64,000 bases of DNA, taken from Dictyostelium discoideum (Eukaryota). The notes beneath the pieces were generated by a model. The model saw only the letters and a list, made by a program, of their open reading frames with translations, was not told the DNA's origin and ran no database searches. The DNA lies in assembly GCA_000004695.1 (NCBI GenBank), contig CM000155.2, forward strand, positions 704,001 through 768,000, read 5' to 3'. Below, piece after piece: positions 1 to 10,428 of the stretch (positions within the stretch are counted from its first letter, which is position 1; every line of letters starts with the position of its first letter). A program made the translations under genes and the position numbers.

Positions 1-1010
1 GAATATAATAAATCACCAATTCTTGTTGGAAATTTTACACCACCATTAGGTAAAACGTTACAACCAGGTTTGCTAATGTCAGCCTTAATTGAAACTTTAT
101 GGCCGTTTCTAACTGAATTAACATTTGAAATTATACCATGTGCAAATTTTATATTTGAATGAATTGAATTTTTTAAATCATTAATTGATGTTCCTTGGAA
201 GTCACCAAATTGACCTGGTACTCCACCCCCTCTATCGGCTGCACCTGATAAATCATAAAAATCATTACCCATTTGAACCAATTTTCTTGATTTCAAAGTC
301 AAATCTGGAACAAAACTTCCATCAAAGGAGTATTTAATTTGTGAAGAATCACTGGTACCCACTGACAATTTTTTATCATCAAGAAATAATTCAACATTAT
401 ATTTAACTTGGACATTTGTTATTTCATGAACATCATAATATGGTGGACGTGGTGATAATGCAACACGATGATAATCACAAATAGTATTAAGAGGTTTTAT
501 ATAACAACCACAATCAAAGTTAGTGTGAGTTGAAGTACAATAACTATTTCCAGGATAGTGTGTTGCCGCATAATCTCGTAACAAACCTTTACAATCAATA
601 TCACTTGGTTGTATTCCTCCGCATACTCCTGTACCACAACTACCTGAACCGTCACATTGTGTTCTTTGAGATATTACTGGTTCAAAACAACTAGTTGAGT
701 ACAAAAATTTTTTATCAGATTCCATATGATAATCGGTAATCTTCAATCTTAAGAGAGCTATTGACTGTTTACTCTCATCCTTTAAATTATAACAACCTTC
801 CCAACTTTTTGATGGTAATGTAAATACATATTCCCCAAAAAATGATGAAGTGATTGTACCATTACCATAATCTTTATTTATTGTTTGAATATTATTTGAA
901 ATTAAATATATTTCATCACAAGAATAACATTTTTCAACAAAAGAACGTGTAATAATTAAAAATAGTAGGGATAGAGAAGATATTGAAAAAGTTTTAAAAT
1001 ATTTCGAAAA
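1..1010 (-). CDS. Secreted cysteine-rich hypothetical protein, 3' part beyond the left edge. The minus-strand reading frame is open from about 1010 down to position 1. It encodes a signal-peptide-like segment (FSISSLSLLFLIIT) followed by a Cys-rich domain (CDGSGSCGTGVCGG, DCGCY).
   Basis: I translated the reverse complement by hand and found more than 300 uninterrupted codons with Dictyostelium-like codon usage. Upstream of the signal peptide there is an in-frame TGA before any ATG, so the initiator is probably in an upstream micro-exon. No family could be recognised. Confidence 0.4.
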
Positions 1011-1261
1011 TGAAACAGAATATATTATTCAATTACTACACCATTCAGCAAAATTAAATAATGAAGAAATGTTTATGTATATATTCGAAAAGTATAAACA
1101 TACAATAACTGATAATAAAATCTATATATTAATAAATAGTATATTCAAAGATAATAATTTAAAAATGGCTCAATTTATATTTAAAAATTTTGAAAATGAA
1201 ATATCACCATTGGGTAATATCTTTTTTTGTAATGATTATGAAAACAAAATTATAAATGTAA

Positions 1262-2190
1262 AACATAAAAACTCACCAATCATATCAACTCTCCAAAGAA
1301 AATAAAAACAAATTTATGTTATTTCCCATAAAATACCCAGACATCTGGAAAATGTATAAAAAAACACTTGCAAATCAATGGGTAGTTGAAGAAATAGAAT
1401 CAAGTGATGATGGATTAGATTGGGAGAAAAAATTAACAAATGATGAACGTGATTTCTTCTCAAATGTTTTAGCATTTTTTGTTGCATCTTGTGGTATTAT
1501 AAATAAAAACCTTAATAGATTTATGTCTAAAGTACAAATTCCAGAAGCGAAATGTTTCTATAATTATCAAATTCATATTAAATATTTACATTCCGAAACT
1601 TATAGGTATGGCAATTAAATTATATATTCATTTATACAATTATTTATGTTTGTTTGTTTATTTATTTATTTTTATTTTTATTTTTCCCTAGTCTTTTAAT
1701 TGAAACTTGTATTAAGGATAAAAATATTAAAGATAAACTTTTTAATGCAATTGAAACAATCCCATGTGTTAAAAAGAAGGCAGAATGGGCTTTAAAATGG
1801 ATAAATGAATCATTTGAAAAACGTCTAGTAGCACTCGTAGCATTTGAAAGTATATTTTTCAGTGGAAGTTTTCGTATAATCAGTTTGTTAAAAAAGAGAT
1901 CTTTGATGCAAGGTTTAACATTTTCAAATGAATTGATTAATTAATTTGATCAAAGATTCACAAATACATATGAACAATGGTTTATAGATAACCTTCCTTT
2001 CGAAGTATATTCATTCTTTCAAACATTTAAAACAAGAAATTTACTAATTCAAATAATGAGCAACAATAAAGTGAGATATTATATAAAAAATATTTCATCA
2101 AAAACAATCATAGGCTACGCAAAAAACATTGGAATAGAAGATGAATATATTTTCTTTTTTGAAAAAATGACCAATAAAGAAATTATATAA
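1262..2190 (+). pseudogene. Degenerate ribonucleotide reductase small subunit (R2)-like paralogue. Conserved blocks lie at 1262-1608 and 1692-1941, with an in-frame TAA at 1942-1944 and continued R2-like reading to 2190. Probable pseudogene or inactive paralogue.
   Basis: The translation matches canonical R2 strongly: FPIKYPDIWKMYKK, NVLAFFVASCGII, KVQIPEAKCFYNYQI, HSETYS|LLIETCIKD (joined across a GTATGG..CTAG intron at 1609-1691), [22 protein letters not shown] and [28 protein letters not shown]. Metal ligands are substituted: Asp->Cys in ASCGII, Glu->Lys in KYLHSE, His->Phe after the stop. The radical-site Tyr (HSETYS) is kept. A stop codon sits at the Arg position of ELISRDEGLH. The N-terminal region switches frame between 1069-1305 and 1262 onward with no room for an intron. 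Confidence 0.6.
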
Positions 2191-2384
2191 ATTGGATTAT
2201 TTATTTATTATTTAAATAAAATCACGATATTAATAAAAGACTATATTTATTTATTTTTTTGTTTTTCCCACCACCCCCAATGGTATTTTTTTGGATCGAT
2301 ACAGAACAAAAATTTAATAAACTCAATTAAATCCATCTATAATAATCAATAAAATTTAATCATATTTATAATTAATATTTTATT

Positions 2385-2454
<70 letters not shown>

Positions 2455-2471
2455 TATTATATTATTATTTA

Positions 2472-2530
<59 letters not shown>

Positions 2531-2713
2531 GGTTCAGTTTTATTTATTACACTTACATTACATTAATTGATTAATATGAACAGATAAAAAAAAAAATAAA
2601 AATAAAAAATGAAATAAAAAAAAAAAATAAAAAAATGAAATAAAAAACAAAAATAATAAAATGAAATAAAAAAATGAAATAAAAAAAATATATAATAAAA
2701 AACATATAATTAA

Positions 2714-3361
2714 TTAAATATTAAATAAATTTTTTATTTTTTTTTGAAAAATTAATGTGGTAATAATTAAACATATCACCAATGTTAATAAAAGTGTTAT
2801 GATTTTGTTATTTTTTATACTAATTAATATAATTTTTAAATTTAATAATAATGTCTTCAAAATAAAAAATAATACTCCCATTGAACTTAATAATATAAAG
2901 GATGATATTATTATATAATAACTTTCAAAACAAATTGGTGATAAAAATGATTTACCACATACATTCATAAATTCTTTTACCCAAATTAAAATATCCATTA
3001 CATGATTCATAATAAAATCGAATATTGTTATTTTACAATGAATTTCCTCTTTGACTTTAATAAAAGGATTATTAATATAGAAAATTTCCATATTAAATGA
3101 TTTTTCATTCGAACAGTACTTTTCAATGTTAATTTCCGTTTGATTTTCAGTTAAATTTATTATATTCTTCTCAAATATTGAATAAATGAGTATAATTTTT
3201 GGTAACGAGTCATTAAAATTTATATGCAAAGTATTAAAATCCAATCTGTAATCATAAATAATGTTGGGAATGAAAATCGAATTATTATTATTATTTCTTT
3301 CTTTTGCTTTGATTTGAATGACTAAAAAAAATAAAAAAATTAAAACGACTTTATTTATCAT
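2714..3361 (-). CDS. Hypothetical protein with a signal peptide and a C-terminal hydrophobic region (215 aa).
   Basis: Intact ORF in the track. It begins MINKVVLIFLFFLVIQIKA and has hydrophobic stretches near the C-terminus. No homology recognised. Confidence 0.35.
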   Translation of the reverse strand: MINKVVLIFLFFLVIQIKAKERNNNNNSIFIPNIIYDYRLDFNTLHINFNDSLPKIILIYSIFEKNIINLTENQTEINIEKYCSNEKSFNMEIFYINNPFIKVKEEIHCKITIFDFIMNHVMDILIWVKEFMNVCGKSFLSPICFESYYIIISSFILLSSMGVLFFILKTLLLNLKIILISIKNNKIITLLLTLVICLIITTLIFQKKIKNLFNI

Positions 3362-3426
3362 ACTCTATAATAATATATATATAAATTGTGGGTATATATA
3401 ATAAAAAATAAATATTAAACACATAT

Positions 3427-3469
<43 letters not shown>

Positions 3470-3506
3470 AATTTTTTTTTTTTTATTTATTTATTTATCC
3501 ATTTTT

Positions 3507-3538
<32 letters not shown>

Positions 3539-3562
3539 CCCCTAAAATTTTTTCTTAAAAAA

Positions 3563-4339
3563 ATGAAATCAATCCTATTTTATTTTGTTTTATTAATATT
3601 TTTAAATAATTATGTTAATGGCAGAATTTCAGTTTCTCCCGAGTATTTATCATCTTCAGATTTCAACTCAAATCATCTTGAACAAAAATTAACAAGTGTT
3701 TATTACAATAAACCAAATTGCACTGAAGGAAATGAACTATATATAAAAATTATTAAAGGCTGTAATTTTAGAGGAAGGGTAGTAGGTAATACCACTCATT
3801 ATATGTTTTATGATGATGATCCAGAAACACCTTTAATATGCAGTAACTTTGATAAAATCTCTGAAGTAGTTTTAAAAAATACTTGTATAAATGAAATTGA
3901 TGGGAGTTCCTTTCTATATAAAGAGTACAACAATTCTGATGAACAACTTTTAAAAAAACCTGGTACAATGGTTACATATATTTACCCCTTTAAAAGTTGT
4001 AGTGAAAATGAATTTATTATAATAAATTTTGAAAATGTTTGTGAAGATATTAATGGTCAAACTGCTCGTAAAATAACATTTGATAAATCAACGCTAATTT
4101 ACCATAATTGTAGTTCTGAATGTGCTTCTTGTGATCCTCAACTAACTACAAATATAGAAAAACCTCAAGAAAAGTGTTTCAATCAAAATAATGAAACAAT
4201 ATTCACATTAACTTTATTTAATCAAAAAGAAAAAAATGCTAGTGCTTTTGATCCTTCAAAAAATGAAGGAATTATTTTATTACAAAACTTTTTATTTTTG
4301 GTCCCCATGATTACTATTTTGATATTGTTTTTTTTTTAA
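3563..4339 (+). CDS. Secreted cysteine-rich protein with a hydrophobic C-terminus, GPI-anchor-like (258 aa).
   Basis: The ORF begins with the signal peptide MKSILFYFVLLIFLNNYVNG and has about 16 Cys and several N-glycosylation sites. The C-terminus is GIILLQNFLFLVPMITILILFFF. It is flanked by poly(T) and poly(A) promoter-like tracts. Confidence 0.45.
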   Translation: MKSILFYFVLLIFLNNYVNGRISVSPEYLSSSDFNSNHLEQKLTSVYYNKPNCTEGNELYIKIIKGCNFRGRVVGNTTHYMFYDDDPETPLICSNFDKISEVVLKNTCINEIDGSSFLYKEYNNSDEQLLKKPGTMVTYIYPFKSCSENEFIIINFENVCEDINGQTARKITFDKSTLIYHNCSSECASCDPQLTTNIEKPQEKCFNQNNETIFTLTLFNQKEKNASAFDPSKNEGIILLQNFLFLVPMITILILFFF

Positions 4340-4884
4340 AAAAAATAATAGTTGAAATTTTAAATTTTTGTAAAAAACTCCTCAAATAAACGCACGCAAT
4401 TTATTTTTTTTTTAATTTTTTTTTTTTTTTTTTTAATTTTTTTTTTTTATTAATATTAAAATTTTTTTTTTTTTTTTTTTATTTTTTTTTTTTGAGTTTT
4501 TATACGAAAGAGAAAACATGATAACATTTGAAGAAATTGCAATAAATAAAATAAATAAAAATAATAAATATATAAACCAATTGATTGAAAATAAGCATTT
4601 ATCCCCAGATACATTCGAGGCATTCGGCAACAAATATGAATGTTATAGTCACATTAACAAAAAATATAAAACAGCAAAACTAGTATTGTCTCAGAGGTCT
4701 TTAGCAGATATATATAAAAACTTTGAAAAGAAACAGTCACCAGAAAGTGAATTCAAAAAATATCTTGAAAATAATAGCATTAAATTCGAGGGTGGGTGAT
4801 TCAATATTTTGAGTTTTTTTTTTAAAAAAAATAACAAAAAATCTCAATATTAATATTTTTTTTTATTTTTTTTTTTATTTTTTC

Positions 4885-4928
<44 letters not shown>

Positions 4929-4992
4929 TTTTTTTTTTTTCTTTTTTTTATATTTAAAAAATAAAGAAAGCAAACTCATTAATGTATTTGAA

Positions 4993-5860
<868 letters not shown>

Positions 5861-5981
5861 ATAAACATTGTCATTTCTTGGTTAATTTTTTCATTTAATT
5901 TTTTCATTTAATTTTTTCATTTAATTTTTTCATTTAATTTTTTTTTTTTTTTTAATTTTTTTTTTTTTTTTTTTTTTTTTC

Positions 5982-5989
5982 TCCCATAA
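5982..5989 (+). promoter_or_regulatory. DUSE-like motif TCCCATAA, matching the [AT]CCCA[CT]AA Dictyostelium upstream sequence element found about 60 bp upstream of many small ncRNA genes.
   Basis: An exact 8-mer match embedded in a poly(T) tract, about 25-65 bp upstream of the palindrome at 6012-6135. A single short motif could be a chance match. Confidence 0.2.
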
Positions 5990-6011
5990 ATTTTTTTAAG
6001 CTTTGCATGGC

Positions 6012-6135
6012 TGTTCATGAACAATTTAATATGATATAAACACAAATTCTATAAACACGAAAATTTGTGTTTATAGAAATTTGTGTTTATATCATATTAA
6101 ATTGTTCATGAACACATTTTTGGTGTTCATGAACA
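6012..6135. repeat. Nested perfect palindrome. The 37-bp arms at 6012-6048 and 6078-6114 are exact reverse complements around an internal 11-bp-arm sub-palindrome at 6049-6077. A third copy of the 12-bp palindromic core TGTTCATGAACA sits at 6124-6135.
   Basis: Read directly from the sequence. TGTTCATGAACAATTTAATATGATATAAACACAAATT pairs with AATTTGTGTTTATATCATATTAAATTGTTCATGAACA. The centre is TCTATAAACACGAAAATTTGTGTTTATAGA. Confidence 0.85.
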
Positions 6136-7007
6136 CCCTATCTCTTTGAAATATGTACAGAATAAGGACTCCTCTCATAAAAAATGTGCAAATAGTTATA
6201 AATAATCGATCTATTAATTTTTTTTTTAATTTAAAAAATTCAATTTTTCAATTACTGATTTCACTTTTTTATAAAATACAATATAACAATTTTTTTTTTT
6301 TTTTTTTTTTATTATTATTGGAAAAGTTTAAAAAGTAATTTTTTGTTAGAAAAGTTTTTAAAACCAAAAGAGTACCATTGAAATAATTTGATAGTTTCTT
6401 GTTCGACATTATTTATTATTGTTATAAATTTTTTTTTTTTTTTTTTTTTCTTCTCCACTCTTTTTATTTTAATTTTTTTTTTTTTTTTTTTTTTTTTAAT
6501 TGAAAATAAAAAAAATATATTTTTATACATATTTAGAATTAATTTATTTTTTTAGAAATAAATTAAAATTAAAAAAAAAATATATATTTCCAACTTTTTA
6601 AATAGAACAATTTGGGGTTGAATAGAAAATATAATTAATTTTTTATTTGGAATTTCTGACAATTATAGTTTTGTATATATTCAAAATTTTAGAAAATTTT
6701 TACTGAACAAAAAAAAAATTTTAAATAAATATATTGTTTTTAAAAAATAGATTTGTAAAAAAAAAAAAAAAAACAAATAAATGAAAAATAGATCAACAAG
6801 AAATTCAACACCATCAAAATTTTCACTTTTTTTTTTCAAAATTTTTTTTATATATTTATTTTTATTTTTTTTTTTATTTTTTTTTTTTATTTTTTTTCAA
6901 AATTTTTAAAAAATTTGAAACCCTTTTTTTTTTTTTTTTTTTTATTTTTATTTATTTTTTTTTTTTAATTAATTAAATTAATTCTTAATAATAATATTTA
7001 TTTAATA

Positions 7008-7934
7008 ATGTCAAATAATAATAAAAATAAATTAGTTACAGTTGTAGATTCAACAAGTGAAGTTGGAGATTTTGTTACAAGAGCATTATTAAAGGAAGGA
7101 TATAAAGTACGTGCATTAACCAGAAATATAGAATCCAATGCAGCCAAAGCATTAAAGAACTTGGATGCCGAAGTTGTCAAATGTAGTGATACCGATTCAC
7201 CAGCAAACATTCAAGCAGCATTAATCGATACAGAAGTTATATTTTATCCAACCAATTTTTGGAGTTCATTTGAAAAGGAAGTAGAGTATGGCATAAAGTT
7301 TGTGGATGCCGCTCTTTCAGTTAAAACCGTTAAACATTATGTATTCCATGGTTTAATTTCATGTAAAACAGTATCAAACGATAAATATTCCGTACCACAT
7401 TTCGATCTTAAATATAGAGTAGAGCAACATTTACGTAAAGTGTCCAAAGAGAACCCAACATTCATTAGTTCTTTCATATATTCACCTTTTTATATGCAAA
7501 ATTTCTCTTCAATTTTCACACCAAAAAGATCAACCACCACCAATGGTACCTACACAATCAGTATGCCACTCGAAGAATCTAAACCATTGGATATGGTTGA
7601 CATTAAAGATATTGGTCCAATCGTTGCTGGTATCGTTGCTAATCCTTCCAAATACTCTGGTGTCATCGTACCTTTAGCTGGTGAGAAATTAACTGGTGAT
7701 CAAATTTGTCAAGTTTTCACCAAAGTCACTGGTAAACAAGTTAAATATAACTATATCCCACCTGCCACCTTTAGAACCTTTGCTTTCCCTTATGCCAATG
7801 AAATCGCTTCAATGTTTCAATTCTTTTCTGAATTTGGTGCTTTCAATGATTTAGATACAACCTTAGCTTCTTCAATTCATAAATTAACTTCTTTAGAAGA
7901 TTATTTAATTTCAACTAAATTTAGATTTGAATAA
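7008..7934 (+). CDS. NmrA-like family NAD(P)-binding protein (308 aa), of the isoflavone reductase / HSCARG type.
   Basis: It has an N-terminal Rossmann motif VTVVDSTSEVGDFVTRALLKEGYKVRALTR and the family-typical block VPHFDLKYRVEQHL. It is a single exon with a clean stop at 7932-7934. Confidence 0.8.
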   Translation: MSNNNKNKLVTVVDSTSEVGDFVTRALLKEGYKVRALTRNIESNAAKALKNLDAEVVKCSDTDSPANIQAALIDTEVIFYPTNFWSSFEKEVEYGIKFVDAALSVKTVKHYVFHGLISCKTVSNDKYSVPHFDLKYRVEQHLRKVSKENPTFISSFIYSPFYMQNFSSIFTPKRSTTTNGTYTISMPLEESKPLDMVDIKDIGPIVAGIVANPSKYSGVIVPLAGEKLTGDQICQVFTKVTGKQVKYNYIPPATFRTFAFPYANEIASMFQFFSEFGAFNDLDTTLASSIHKLTSLEDYLISTKFRFE

Positions 7935-8313
7935 AATAAAATAAAATTAAAAAAAAAAAAAAAAAAATAATAATAATAATTAATAATTAATAATTAATAT
8001 TTAATAATAAATAACAATAATAATAATAATAATAATAATAATAACCGATAAAACGCTATTAATAATCACATCACTATCAGAACAGAAAATTAATAAATAA
8101 TATTTATTTATGTATGATATAAAATTTATTTTTTATTTTTTATTTTTTTTATTTCTAACATTACTAATAAAAAATAATAATCAATATGTTTATTATTTGT
8201 AATTGGCAAATTATATTATAATAATTTTTTTTTTTTTTTTAATTTTACAAATTAGAGTTTACGTGAACATTCTCTTTATTATTATTTTCTCACTTTTTTT
8301 TTTTTTTATTTTT

Positions 8314-9111
8314 TTATAAAATTAAAAATTTAATAATTAATAAAACTATTGTTGTAAAAATAAATAATGGTGAGACTGAATAATAACCAATTCTTTCATT
8401 TTCTAAATACTCTTCAATTGTTACATTTAAACCTTGTTTGAATGTATATTGTGGTTTGAAACCTAATTCTCTTTTTGCACGTTCATTACTATAGATACGA
8501 TCTTCTTCCATTGCTGACAAAGTTGCTGCTTTAAATAGGAAGGGTTTTCTACTACTAAATGAATACATGAGCAATCCCAATACTCTAATGGCCGGGAAAC
8601 AAATTGATGCGGGTAATTTTAAACGTGGCTTCATTCTATTCAATTTTTCATTTAAGAAAATGATCGCTTCTTTATAGGTTAAACCTTTATCTGGTGAAAT
8701 TATATAGGTATGTGGTAATCCATCAGTATCATCAGTTGCTAATTTCTCTTTATGAATTGATAACATAATTGATTGAATGAAATCATCAATATGTGTATAC
8801 ATGATATTACCATTGGCAAATGATGGAATGAAAAATAAAATACCATATGACACTGATTGTATCAATTCAAATATACTAAATTGATCATCTTTTCCAAAAA
8901 TTCCAGTTGGTCTTAAAATAATCGTATCCAATCCATACTTTTTCTCGTAACGTCTAACATGATCCTCTGCTAATCTCTTGGTTTCACCATAATAATAACT
9001 TGGATGTGAATATGGGTCATCTAATTCTGATAATGGTATACCTGTAATTGGTTTTTTACCTCCCATAGTTTCAGTTGTTGAACAATAAATAAACCTTCTA
9101 ATTAATGATGA

Positions 9112-9198
<87 letters not shown>

Positions 9199-9687
9199 TA
9201 TATTATTTATATTATTTATATTATTATTATTTATATTATTATTATTATTATTTACACTATTCATTTTTGGAGATGAATTTAAAATTGTTGATGTACATGA
9301 TGCTTTTAATAAATTTTCTGTACCAATTACATTGGTTTTATGAATATTTGAATAATCAATTGAATTCCTAGGATAAAAGTCCATCATTGATGCTAAATGA
9401 ATTATTACCTTTATTTGATTATTTGTGATTATTGATTTTAAAAATTCGATACATTTTGATTGTGAAGTGACTGATGATTGTAAATCAACAAAATCACCAA
9501 TAATTAAATTAAAATTTTTATATTTTTCAATTAATTCTTTAATAAATTCACTATGACTTGATTTTTCTCTAACTAATGCATACACGTTATTATTTTTAGT
9601 TGAATCATCTTCAAGTAAAACTTTTATTAAATTACTTCCAACATATCCTGTTAATCCAGTTATTAATATATTTTCATTTTGAATCAT
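8314..9687 (-). CDS. Extended short-chain dehydrogenase of the 3beta-hydroxysteroid dehydrogenase / NAD-dependent epimerase-dehydratase (NSDHL-like) family (457 aa), with an internal poly-Asn insert and a C-terminal transmembrane anchor.
   Basis: It has the motif ILITGLTGYVGSNLIKVLL (GxxGxxG) at the N-terminus and the catalytic YxxxK in YYYGETKRLAEDHV. About 60 residues of (AAT)n-encoded Asn lie between the domains. The C-terminal hydrophobic tail is FIFTTIVLLIIKFLIL. Confidence 0.75.
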
Positions 9688-10428
9688 TTTTTTTTTTTTA
9701 TTTAATTTATATATATAAATTTATAGTTATTAATTTATTAATTGAATGTTTTTTTTATATTATTACTACAAAAATAATAACCACTCCCTTTTGATGATAT
9801 AATTTTTTTTTTTTTTTAATGAAATTAAAAATTAAAAATTTTTATTATTTTTTTTTTATTTTTTTATTAATTTTTTTTTTTTTATGAAATTATTTTTATT
9901 TTTATTTTATTTTTATTTTTTTATTTTTTATTTTTTTTTTCACAAATAGTAATAATGCGAACTAAATTGGGGAATCATTTGAAATTGAGGAATTAAAAAA
10001 AAAAATAAATAAAAAAATATGATTATACTATAAATGAAAAGAAAAAACATTTTATTACCAAATAAAAAAACTCAAAGAGGAAATTTATTTATATTTTTTT
10101 TTTTTTTATAAAAATAAATATTCCTTTTTTTTCATTTTCATTTTTTTTTTATTTTTTTATTTTTTTATTTTTTTTTTTAAAAAATTTCATACAGATCCTC
10201 AAATTATATTATCATTCATAAATAAACAATAACAAATAAACAAATAAAATAAATAAATAAATAAATAAATTCTATTTACTCACATATACATAAACAAATA
10301 ATACGTATTTCTTAAAAGATCTATTCACATAAACAAATATATTATAATATAATAATTAATAATTATTTGAAATTGTTTTTAAATTTTTTATTCATTGTGG
10401 GTTTTGTTTTTTTTTTTTTTATTATAAT

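Noticed and set aside
1069-1305. A 78-aa plus-strand ORF (MFMYIFEKYKHT...) upstream of the R2-like blocks, considered as the N-terminus of that gene.
   Set aside because: It is in a different frame from the conserved R2 blocks, with no room for an intron, and it overlaps the signal-peptide region of the minus-strand gene. At most it is part of the pseudogene's decayed 5' end.
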